Below are positions 45,634 through 53,397 of a stretch of DNA of 53,397 nucleotides, piece by piece; within the stretch, counting starts at the first letter, position 1, and each line of letters begins with the position of its first letter. The stretch is from Planctomycetota bacterium (GTDB lineage: Bacteria; Planctomycetota; SZUA-567; H5-PLA8): the NCBI GenBank assembly GCA_038227875.1, contig JBBRPR010000057.1, positions 1 through 53,397 of the forward strand, written 5' to 3'. The notes under the pieces are model-generated. The model was not told where the DNA came from. It saw only the letters and a list, made by a program, of their open reading frames with translations, and did not search any database. The translations under genes and the position numbers were made by a program.

Positions 45634-47298
45634 TCAATTCCCCGCAGCGGTCATGTCGTAGCAGGCCAGCCCGCGTTGAAGACGCAGCAGCACGCGGCCG
45701 TTTGAAAACGCGGGCGAACTGCAGGCCGCCACGTTGACGGCCTGAAAGTTTCCGATCTCTTCGTACTTGTCGGGCGTGGTTTTCGCGACCAACAGGTGGT
45801 TGATGCGGTAGTCGCCGTAACCGTTGAAGAATATCTTTCCGTCGGCGATCAGCGCATTGGAGCAGCGGCCCGCTTTCTGGTCTTTGATGTTGAGCGTGAT
45901 CGCGCCGGTCTTCTGATCGAGCACCGTGATGACGTTCGTGCCATAGGACTGTCCGCAGAGGTAGACGTGGTCCTGGTAGACCACCGGCGCGCCGCCCTGA
46001 TCGCCACAGCCCGGCGTAAACCAGATTTTTTCATACTTCGTCGGAGAAAGCGCCAGCGCCGCGCAGCCCTGTCCGTTGCGCATGTAGAGCGTGTCGCCGA
46101 TCACCGTCAGTGCGTTGTACTGTCCGGCAAACGGTGTTTCCTTACCGTTCACGATCGTCCACTGTTCCTTGCCGTCCGCTGCGTTGAGACAAAAGAATGG
46201 CTGATAGTACCGCGGCGCGTCGACCTGGCAGAGCACGTAAGACACGCCCGCATGCGTCCAGATGGCGGGGGTCTCGCTTTCGCCGATGACCTTCGGCTGG
46301 CTCCACAATTCCTTCCCCGATGCGGCGTCGAACGCTTTGAGGTTCTCGAGCACGCAGTAGATCACGCCGTTGGCGAGTACAGGCGAATTGTTTCCGCCGG
46401 CGCTTTTCACCTGCCAGACCGGCTCACCCGTATTCGCATCCAGGCAGAAAAGTCCGCCGCTGCCGCGCAGATAGAGGCGGTCCTTGTTCACCAGCGGCGT
46501 GCCGGAGCACCCAAATTCGACGCCGTAATTCTTCTTCGTGCCGGGAAACGATTTGCGCCAGAGTTCCTTGCCGCTGGCCAGGTCGAGGCAGATGACCTGG
46601 TCGATGAATTTCTGATCCTTGTAGACTTTGTCCGCGAAGGCGGTGAGCATGGTGATCTGCCCGCCGTGATAGATGTTGTGATGGAACCACTCGACAAACA
46701 TATTCATGAAGTCTTCGCGCGATTCGACCTCCTGGTCCTGAGCCTTCACGAACAGGGCGACGCCGCCCGAATCAAACGACTTGCGGCCCAGTTTCAGGCG
46801 CAGCTTGATGCTCTCGCTGAATCGTTTGGCCTGCTCGGGATCGAGCGTGGCGAGGAACTCTTTGGAGAACGCTTCGACTTCGTCGTCGTTCTTGCATTGA
46901 TTGCGCTTTTCTCCAAACTGTGCGTCATTGATTTTCTTCTCCAGATCCTGGGGCATGTCCGGCACGTAACCCAATTCAGCCAGAAAGAGCTTGAAGGGCT
47001 TGATGCCTTTGAGCGGTTCGACTGTGTTGGCGTAAGTGTAGACCTTATTTCCTGAGATGATGGGACTGCCGATGCCGCAGACCGGTGCGTAGGGCAGCTT
47101 GTCGCTCTGCCAGACCAACCGCGGCCCCTTCGCCGGCCAGGCCTCGATCAGCTTGGGGCTCCTGGCAATCCCTGTTCGTCCGGGGCCGAGCAACTGCGGC
47201 CAATCGCCATCGGTGGCGGTGGCTTCGGTCGCATGCGTGGCGAACGCAGCCACGGCCGCGAGGACACTCAAGGAGAAGAACAGGCTCAGCGTTCGCAT
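45634..47298 (-). CDS. Secreted PQQ-binding-like beta-propeller protein with a helical insertion
   Basis: GGAGG RBS, signal peptide, DWPQLLGPGRTG, CLDLASGKELW repeats, SSPAFSNGRVLLR. Confidence 0.88.
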   Translation of the reverse strand: MRTLSLFFSLSVLAAVAAFATHATEATATDGDWPQLLGPGRTGIARSPKLIEAWPAKGPRLVWQSDKLPYAPVCGIGSPIISGNKVYTYANTVEPLKGIKPFKLFLAELGYVPDMPQDLEKKINDAQFGEKRNQCKNDDEVEAFSKEFLATLDPEQAKRFSESIKLRLKLGRKSFDSGGVALFVKAQDQEVESREDFMNMFVEWFHHNIYHGGQITMLTAFADKVYKDQKFIDQVICLDLASGKELWRKSFPGTKKNYGVEFGCSGTPLVNKDRLYLRGSGGLFCLDANTGEPVWQVKSAGGNNSPVLANGVIYCVLENLKAFDAASGKELWSQPKVIGESETPAIWTHAGVSYVLCQVDAPRYYQPFFCLNAADGKEQWTIVNGKETPFAGQYNALTVIGDTLYMRNGQGCAALALSPTKYEKIWFTPGCGDQGGAPVVYQDHVYLCGQSYGTNVITVLDQKTGAITLNIKDQKAGRCSNALIADGKIFFNGYGDYRINHLLVAKTTPDKYEEIGNFQAVNVAACSSPAFSNGRVLLRLQRGLACYDMTAAGN

Positions 47299-47372
47299 AA
47301 GGACCTCCACGCAAGAACAATTGTTGTTCGGACTGCACACACAGGAATAGTCGTGCGCAGCAGTCATTGACA

Positions 47373-47401
47373 TTGAAATATTTCTTCGCAGTATGTATGT
47401 T
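47373..47401 (+). promoter_or_regulatory. Putative sigma-70 promoter with an overlapping palindrome
   Basis: TTGAAA-N17-TATGTT; palindrome GAAATATTTC (47375-47384); TTGACA also at 47367. Confidence 0.45.
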
Positions 47402-47448
47402 TCCTTCTTGTTTCTTTTCAAGGCACAGGTGCGCCGGGAGGATCCCCA

Positions 47449-48561
47449 ATGGCTCGTAAATCGCGCGGCCGTCCCCCCGGCACTGTTCCGCGTTACCGCG
47501 TTCTCTCTGAGCAATTCCAACAGAAGCTGGAATCGGGTGCGTGGGCGATCGGTCAGCCCATTCCATCCTGCCGCGAGTTGGCCAGGGAATACCGCGTCGG
47601 CGTCAAAACCATCTGGCGTGCGCTGCAGACTCTAAAAACGCAAGGTCGTCTGCGCATATCTCGCGCGCGGCGCGCCACGGCGGTCCGCCGCGTCCCCCTC
47701 GATGAAATTTTCTCCGGCGCCATCGTGCTGGTCCTGCGCTCGGGGTTGACCTGGTTTTCCGGCATGGACGCGCCGCCGGGATTGGGCCACGGCGTCTTCC
47801 GCGCGCTGCAGCCCACGCGCGATACCTGCATCGTCGTTCAACACATGGATTGGTGGCGCTACCGGGTCCCGGAAGGCCTGCGCGATCTGCCGCTCAAAGG
47901 AATGTTGCTGTGGGGGCCCTTTCCGCAGGCGCTGCTGCGCCAATACGAAGCGATGAACGTCCCGGCCGTGCTGATGGACCAGCCCGCCGATGGCTTGAAC
48001 ATGAACGCCGTCACCGTGGACAATTACCACGCCGCGTTTGATGCCACGACGCGATTATTGAAGAAGGGCCACACGCGCATCGCCTTCCTTCGCTCGATCG
48101 TGCATTCGTTGATGAACATCGATCCCGATGCGCGCGAACGCCAGGAGGGTTTCGTTGCGGCCTGTCGCGCCGCGGGGCTGAACGAACAACATTACCGCAT
48201 CGTCAGCGCCACGTTTGACGGCCAGCGCGCCACGCTGCGCGAGCTGTTCCGCGAACGGCCGCGCCCCACCGCGATTCTGTCGGCATCTGAATTTCACCTG
48301 GAGGCGCTCGCGCAGGAGGCTCACGCCGTCGGGCTGAAAATCCCGCAGCAACTGAGCGTCGCGTCGTTTCGCCTGCCGCAACTACGCGACCCGGATTGGT
48401 CCGGACCGATCATCGAATTCGAAAAAATGGGCGCCGCCGCCGTGGAACTGCTCAAGCGCGGCCGATCGCGCGTAGAAACCCTGCGCATCCCAACGCACTG
48501 GCATGAAGGCCAGACGATCGCCGCACCACCCAAATCCGGGCGCGGCATTTTGAAACGATGA
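47449..48561 (+). CDS. GntR-type wHTH + LacI-type sugar-binding domain regulator
   Basis: IPSCRELAREYRVGVKTIWRALQTL; VTVDNYHAAFDATTRLLKKGHTRIAF, ERQEGF, PTAIL, IPQQLSVASF; GGAGG RBS. Confidence 0.9.
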   Translation: MARKSRGRPPGTVPRYRVLSEQFQQKLESGAWAIGQPIPSCRELAREYRVGVKTIWRALQTLKTQGRLRISRARRATAVRRVPLDEIFSGAIVLVLRSGLTWFSGMDAPPGLGHGVFRALQPTRDTCIVVQHMDWWRYRVPEGLRDLPLKGMLLWGPFPQALLRQYEAMNVPAVLMDQPADGLNMNAVTVDNYHAAFDATTRLLKKGHTRIAFLRSIVHSLMNIDPDARERQEGFVAACRAAGLNEQHYRIVSATFDGQRATLRELFRERPRPTAILSASEFHLEALAQEAHAVGLKIPQQLSVASFRLPQLRDPDWSGPIIEFEKMGAAAVELLKRGRSRVETLRIPTHWHEGQTIAAPPKSGRGILKR

Positions 48562-48610
48562 ACGAGGAGTGCTTACCAAGAGGTGTGCACTTCGCATTGT
48601 GCGCAAAACC

Positions 48611-48632
48611 GTGGTCGCAAATTTGCGACCAC
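48611..48632. repeat. Perfect 22-bp palindrome preceded by ACC
   Basis: GTGGTCGCAAATTTGCGACCAC. Confidence 0.8.
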
Positions 48633-48682
48633 CAAAAACCAAAGGCACCCGCTGGGTTGCCCGCAATGCGGATCTGTGAAGT

Positions 48683-50569
48683 TCATCGTTTCCGCTGGTC
48701 TTTCCACAAGCTCACCAACATGCCGATGGCCAGCAGGATCGTCGTCCACAACTCCGGCAGTGCGAGCACACCGTACGGGCCGTCGGTGCGGCGGGGCACC
48801 CAGAGCGCCAGGCGCGAGCCGCCGACAACGACGCGGCGGTTGTCGGGGCAGAATGCCGCGAGCGTGATGTTGCCGTTGCCGATCTGCGGAATGCGGCTGG
48901 TTCTCGCGAACGAGACCGCGTCCCAGATCTCCACGTCGCTCCCGGAACCCACGATGATCTGCCGGCTGTCCGGCGACCAGCCGATCGACGTCGGGCTGTC
49001 GCCATCGCCGGTCAGCGTGCGGATGCAATTGCCCGTCGTCGTGTCCCAGATCCAGACCGGCCAGCCGCGCTGTGAACGCGTGAGCAGATACCGGCTGTCC
49101 GGCGCGAAGACCGCCTCTTCCAGGTTCGCTTGCGAAAAGGTGTAGACGCACTTTCCGGTCGCGTACTCCCACATGTAGGCGGTGCCGCTGGGCGTAAAGG
49201 CCAGCAGCAATTTGCCGTCCGGAGAAAAGTTGAGCACGGGAAGACCATCGATCTTGATTTCCAAATCGCGGTCGCGCACCGCATCGCGCACGCGCCAGAC
49301 ATGCATGATGTTATCGTCGCCGGCCGTGATCACCGATTTGCTGTCTGGCGAAAACAGCGCGCGCACCCACGTTCGACCATGACCGATCTCGGTGATTTGC
49401 TCGCCGGTGCTGGCGTTGAAAATTTTTGCGATGCCCCGGGTGTTCGACCAGATCAGGACCTTCGTGCCATCCGGGGAAAATCCGGCCCCGTCCTTTGTAT
49501 CTTTGATGACGAACTGTTCCGCTCCGGAATGCGCGTCCAGCACCCGAATCGTTCTGTCCACGCCTTGAGTCAGCAGCAGGCGGCTCCCCGGATCAAATTC
49601 CATGCGATGAAAAATGGCGGGCGGTCTCAACTTCAAGAGCACAGCACCCGTATCCACCGTGCGGAGATAACTGGGCATCAGGTTCGAAGAAGTGGCCACC
49701 GTCTTACCATCGGCAGAAAGGGCAACGCTGCCCGCATCGTAGTCGTTGCGGAATTCATACTGCCGCACCCACGGCTCCCAATGCCAATGCAGCGTCGCCG
49801 CGCTGCCAATCAGCAGCACCGTCAGCAGCGCCGAACGCAGCGAGAACTGAAACGGCTGCCGCGCCGGCGCAGCTTCCGCGTAGGCCTCCAGCGCGGTGAG
49901 GAGCTTGGTTTGCACTTCCGCGCAGAGCGCCGCGTTCTCGCCGGATACTTCCAGTAAGCAGATGGAGAACAGCGCCATCGTCCGCACCTGCACCCCGGGC
50001 AAGTTCCAATGCTGTTCGTAGTACAACCGGAGCCGCGGTATTTGGGTGAGTCCATACGCTTTCAGTTGCGCCAGCAATACCGGTTCGATGTCAGTTCGCC
50101 GCGCGTTCCTGATCAGGATGTAGCGGTCACGTTTCTGGTACTGTTTGAAAACCAGGTACAGAATGAAACCATAAAGCAACAGAATCGCTCCGCCGAGAAT
50201 TTCCAGCGTGAGGCGCTTCCCCGCCAATTCGCTGAACGCCGCAGTGCGATAGAGCTCCACGTACATCCAGACCATGCCCGCGATCAGCGCCACGCCCACC
50301 GTAATCGCCAGACCGAGAACCACGCGAAACGCGGTGGTCAACGATGAGCCGCTGACGACCGTGCAACGCAACCCGGTAAAGCGCCGCGCGAGCACCGTTC
50401 CGAAGATAATTCCGAATACGGTACCGAAGAGAATGGTCCAGACCATGATGCGAACGTAACGGGGCAGGGGACGATTACAACGCACGCCCGATTCAAAAAA
50501 AAACAGCCACAGGCTCGCGCCCATGGCCATCAACACGGCCCAAATTCGGACCGCTTTACAAAAACTCAA
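48683..50569 (-). CDS. Multi-TM membrane protein with WD40 propeller and C-terminal TM; start uncertain (alternative 50449)
   Basis: N-terminal TMs, QFSLRSALL..WEPW motif, about 8 FSPDG/WD blades, C-terminal LPELWTTILLAIGMLVSL. Confidence 0.85.
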   Translation of the reverse strand: MSFCKAVRIWAVLMAMGASLWLFFFESGVRCNRPLPRYVRIMVWTILFGTVFGIIFGTVLARRFTGLRCTVVSGSSLTTAFRVVLGLAITVGVALIAGMVWMYVELYRTAAFSELAGKRLTLEILGGAILLLYGFILYLVFKQYQKRDRYILIRNARRTDIEPVLLAQLKAYGLTQIPRLRLYYEQHWNLPGVQVRTMALFSICLLEVSGENAALCAEVQTKLLTALEAYAEAAPARQPFQFSLRSALLTVLLIGSAATLHWHWEPWVRQYEFRNDYDAGSVALSADGKTVATSSNLMPSYLRTVDTGAVLLKLRPPAIFHRMEFDPGSRLLLTQGVDRTIRVLDAHSGAEQFVIKDTKDGAGFSPDGTKVLIWSNTRGIAKIFNASTGEQITEIGHGRTWVRALFSPDSKSVITAGDDNIMHVWRVRDAVRDRDLEIKIDGLPVLNFSPDGKLLLAFTPSGTAYMWEYATGKCVYTFSQANLEEAVFAPDSRYLLTRSQRGWPVWIWDTTTGNCIRTLTGDGDSPTSIGWSPDSRQIIVGSGSDVEIWDAVSFARTSRIPQIGNGNITLAAFCPDNRRVVVGGSRLALWVPRRTDGPYGVLALPELWTTILLAIGMLVSLWKDQRKR

Positions 50570-50608
50570 CTCTCAAAACTCTCGTGCGACGATGCCCGTC
50601 GGAACGGG

Positions 50609-50962
50609 TTAGAAAAACGCCAGCGCCGCCTTCATGTCCGGAACGATCCGCAGCGAACTCACCAGCCCGAGCAGGCGCAGCACTTCCAGCACCCGGTCGC
50701 TGACCTGAATGCAGACCAGGTTCCCGCCGTTCTGACTGGCCTGGTGCGTCGCCGAAACCAGCGTGCCGACTCCAGCCGACGAGATATACTCCACTTCGCT
50801 CATGTCCAGGATGATCGCAAAGCATTGTTCGTCGAAGATATTCTGGATGGCGTTATCGAGCTGATCGAACGTGTGCGCGTCGATACCGCCGCCCAGTCGC
50901 ATAATTTCGATACGTGTCCCTTCAAACGTCTCCCGGTTGATCTTCAGCTCGCCGACGTCCAT
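50609..50962 (-). CDS. STAS-domain anti-sigma factor antagonist
   Basis: LGGGIDAHT, IILDMSEVEYISSAGVGTLV (conserved phospho-Ser region), VLEVLRLLGL. Confidence 0.92.
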   Translation of the reverse strand: MDVGELKINRETFEGTRIEIMRLGGGIDAHTFDQLDNAIQNIFDEQCFAIILDMSEVEYISSAGVGTLVSATHQASQNGGNLVCIQVSDRVLEVLRLLGLVSSLRIVPDMKAALAFF

Positions 50963-51171
50963 AGCTACCCCTTTTCCGGCCCTGCATCCGCTGTCTTAAA
51001 TTGCGTCGTCCTTGCTCTACGCACATAGTGATATGCAAACACCTGTCCAAATCTGCCGGAAGGCCGTTTTTTCCAGCACTCTTTTCCGGCTTGGAAGTGC
51101 CAGTCATTCATTGCCTTACAAAAATTGCTGTACGCATTTGTAACGTTCCCGCATTGAATCCCGGTAACATC

Positions 51172-51180
51172 TGCTACAAT
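51172..51180 (+). promoter_or_regulatory. Extended -10 promoter element
   Basis: TGcTACAAT upstream of the ECF sigma gene. Confidence 0.5.
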
Positions 51181-51270
51181 CGCGCGCCTCTAGAAGACAA
51201 GAAGTGCGCGGTTACTGACAAATTTTCGCACGCACTGACAGCTTGCGTCCACCGGGAGCAAAATTCACAC

Positions 51271-51873
51271 GTGCCCAGCGAAACCACGCGCGCGAACATG
51301 TTGCGCAGCGATGCGGAATTGGTGGAAGCGGTCCTGAAAGGGACTCACACCTCTTATAACGAGCTGGTACGCCGCTACAAAAGCCTGGTGACGACGTACT
51401 GCTACAGCCGCGTCGGCCAGCGCGAAACCGCCGAAGACCTAGCGCAGGAAACCTTCGTCCGCGGCTTCACCGCCATGGACCACCTCAAGAAACCCTCCGC
51501 CTTCTCCGGCTGGCTGCTCTCCATCGCGCACAACGTCTGCATCGATTACCTCCGCAATACGTCGCGCACCGTCCCGCTGGAAGTCTTCGGCGTGAAGGAC
51601 AGCCAGGGCGAAATTCTGCTCGAGAACAAAAAAGAGCGCCCGGCGATGGACCAGATGGCCAACGCCGAAATGCACGACAAGATTCTCGGCGCCATCAATT
51701 CGCTCAGCGAAGAATACCGCGTCACGCTGATCCTCCGCCACGTCAACGAATACAGCTGCGAAGAGATCGCCGATGCGCTCAACATCTCTCTCGGCACCGT
51801 CACCAGCCGCCTGAGCCGTGCGCACAAACTGCTGCGCGAGAAACTGGGAAAGTTTATCGAGCCGGACAAGTAA
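51271..51873 (+). CDS. ECF RNA polymerase sigma-70 family factor (alternative start ATG 51298)
   Basis: SDAELV, AEDLAQETFVRGF, FSGWLLSIAHNVCIDYLR, YSCEEIADALNISLGTVTSRLSRA. Confidence 0.93.
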   Translation: MPSETTRANMLRSDAELVEAVLKGTHTSYNELVRRYKSLVTTYCYSRVGQRETAEDLAQETFVRGFTAMDHLKKPSAFSGWLLSIAHNVCIDYLRNTSRTVPLEVFGVKDSQGEILLENKKERPAMDQMANAEMHDKILGAINSLSEEYRVTLILRHVNEYSCEEIADALNISLGTVTSRLSRAHKLLREKLGKFIEPDK

Positions 51874-51890
51874 GCGCGCGCTAAAGCGCG

Positions 51891-52097
51891 AGGGGTCAGG
51901 GGCCAGGGGTCAGGGGCCAGAGGTGGGTGGATGCAGGAAGAGTTAGTTAGGTAAAAGCGCGGTGGGACACGCAGTCAGAGGCAGAGTCAGAGGCAGTAGT
52001 CAAGAAGTTGGGAATGTTGCAAGAGTAGGTTGGTGGGAGCAATCACGAGCCGGAGGTCGTTGCTGTTCTGACCCCTGGCCCCTGACCCCTGACCCCT
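51891..52097. repeat. Inverted heptamer (AGGGGYC)4 repeats around a purine-rich spacer
   Basis: 51891-51920 vs reverse complement of 52068-52097, 27/30 match. Confidence 0.85.
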
Positions 52098-52117
52098 GCA
52101 GTTAAGGAGTAAGGACC

Positions 52118-52567
52118 GTGTCCGAAGGCACTGAAGAAATTGACCTGCTGATCGAGGACTACCTCGACGGGCGCATGGAGGGATTCCAGCGCACCAAGTT
52201 TGAGGAGCGGATGAAGCAGGATCCGGAACTGCACCGCCGCGTGATGTCGGCGACGCAGTCGGTGGCGATGGTGCAGCAGGCGCTCGGATGGGTCACGCCC
52301 GGCGACAATTTCGAAGACGAAGTCACCAACAAGATCGTTAGCATTACGCAAAGCGGCCAGCACATCCGACCGATGGGCGGAGCTGCCGGGAATGGACTGG
52401 AAGGCAACCTCACCAAGGAAGACCCCGACGCCAAGCTGCTCGGCGACCCCGACGCCGCCCGCGAAAACCGCCGCCTGATCCTGCTGGGCGTCGTCGCCGT
52501 CCTTCTCTTCGCCGCCGCCATGGCCGCGATTGTGTATTCCGTCTCGCAGGGCATGCATTCGAAGTAG
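52118..52567 (+). CDS. Putative membrane anti-sigma factor (zf-HC2-like fold without Zn ligands)
   Basis: LIEDYLDGRM....TKFEERMKQDPEL N-terminus; C-terminal TM; AAGGAG RBS; downstream of the ECF sigma. Confidence 0.75.
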   Translation: MSEGTEEIDLLIEDYLDGRMEGFQRTKFEERMKQDPELHRRVMSATQSVAMVQQALGWVTPGDNFEDEVTNKIVSITQSGQHIRPMGGAAGNGLEGNLTKEDPDAKLLGDPDAARENRRLILLGVVAVLLFAAAMAAIVYSVSQGMHSK

Positions 52568-52602
52568 GTAGTGGCAGTGAGCAGTAACAAAGGAGCGCAG
52601 GC

Positions 52603-52857
52603 ATGAGCGTCGCCGTGACCGCCGAGCAACGCAGCGCCATCCAACGCGATTTTCCACCCGCCGACCGCGCCGACATCGAACGCCTCCTGACCGACGAATG
52701 CAGCACGAATCTCCCCTTCCTAGCCCAAAACCGCGAACCCGACATCCAGCGCATCCGCAACGCCGTCCTCAAACTCAGCGCTGGTAACACGGACAAATTT
52801 CTGTACTGGCTCGGCATCGCGAAGCAGGATTGGCGGGATGTGTTGCAGGGAAATTGA
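52603..52857 (+). CDS. Small hypothetical protein
   Basis: AAGGAG RBS; RIRNAVLKLS.G....A..DWRDVL. Confidence 0.7.
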   Translation: MSVAVTAEQRSAIQRDFPPADRADIERLLTDECSTNLPFLAQNREPDIQRIRNAVLKLSAGNTDKFLYWLGIAKQDWRDVLQGN

Positions 52858-52872
52858 AGCCACGGAGATGTT

Positions 52873-53319
52873 ATGGGAGGCGAACAATGGTTCAATTATG
52901 TAGCGTATCAGGAAGATATAGGTAAGGCGTTTCGCGAGTTGCTCGAAGCCGAGTTTGCCGCCGGAAATTACACCATTTCAGATACGCGTCGCCCACGCAG
53001 CATTTCTGAATTGTTGAAGCTGGCGGGTTCAGATGGGACAGGATCTATTTTGGATTTTCAAGGCGTGGTCTCCACGCCTCGAGAAAAACCCATTGACGCA
53101 TACGATGATCTGGAAGCTAGACCGTATTTTCTGAAAGTGGTGCCACTTTGCGTTGAAGATTTAATGCGTTATTTCGGCTCCAAAACACCGACCTTTGAGC
53201 AGATCGAGTCGAGCTACGATTTTTTCGATGACGTCGATCGAGGCCATGGGATCTACGTCATTTTTTACGAGAGAGATAAACCCGTAGGAATTTTCTTCGC
53301 CGGACGCGCAGTAGATTGA
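52873..53319 (+). CDS. Hypothetical protein (lower GC)
   Basis: GGAG RBS; 148-aa ORF ending IFFAGRAVD; visibly AT-richer than the surroundings. Confidence 0.65.
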   Translation: MGGEQWFNYVAYQEDIGKAFRELLEAEFAAGNYTISDTRRPRSISELLKLAGSDGTGSILDFQGVVSTPREKPIDAYDDLEARPYFLKVVPLCVEDLMRYFGSKTPTFEQIESSYDFFDDVDRGHGIYVIFYERDKPVGIFFAGRAVD

Positions 53320-53338
53320 ACGAATTCTACGTCCCAAT

Positions 53339-53397
53339 TTCGACATTCGACATTCGACATTCGACATTCGACATTCGACATTCGACATTCGACATTC
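53339..53397. repeat. (TTCGACA)n heptamer tandem repeat running off the window end
   Basis: At least 8 perfect copies of CGACATT from 53341. Confidence 0.95.

Noticed and set aside
51001..51270. N-terminal extension of the ECF sigma ORF
   Set aside because: Promoter-like intergenic sequence containing an extended -10; sigma homology starts near 51298
53161..53388. ORF with MSNVECR repeats
   Set aside because: Artefact of the heptamer tandem repeat, antisense to a better ORF
1..53397. tRNA, rRNA, riboswitch, prophage or IS elements
   Set aside because: No recognisable signatures by eye; an Rfam/Infernal and tRNAscan run would be needed to exclude small RNAs rigorously

Overview
GC-rich bacterial chromosomal segment, most likely from a Planctomycetota genome. 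This assignment is inferred from an ECF-sigma/TM/WD40 fusion, PQQ-like beta-propellers, a prenyltransferase-repeat membrane protein, several PhyH dioxygenases and a planctomycete-like EF-Tu switch-I sequence. About 40 CDS are supportable. They include housekeeping genes (murJ, ATP-PFK, ppc, mnmG, waaF, two NAD-dependent sugar epimerases, cstA), three ECF sigma systems, a STAS protein, AraC and GntR/LacI regulators, carbohydrate-active enzymes and secreted or lipoproteins. I found no tRNA, rRNA, CRISPR array, transposase or integrase. The most unusual signals are: (1) intergenic arrays of sequence-variable but geometrically constant ~26-bp palindromes (mostly AC...GT ends; AATT, CATG or ACGT centres; 31-nt spacing between intact neighbours; one unit shared between two loci 17.7 kb apart), bracketed by heptamer inverted repeats; (2) a divergent stand-alone EF-Tu paralog behind an apparent uORF/antiterminator/terminator attenuator; (3) a PhyH-family enzyme with an HxG (halogenase-type) iron motif next to an AraC regulator; (4) an ECF sigma whose ZAS anti-sigma is fused to a prenyltransferase/squalene-cyclase-repeat domain. 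All calls are from reading the sequence by eye; no database searches were run.
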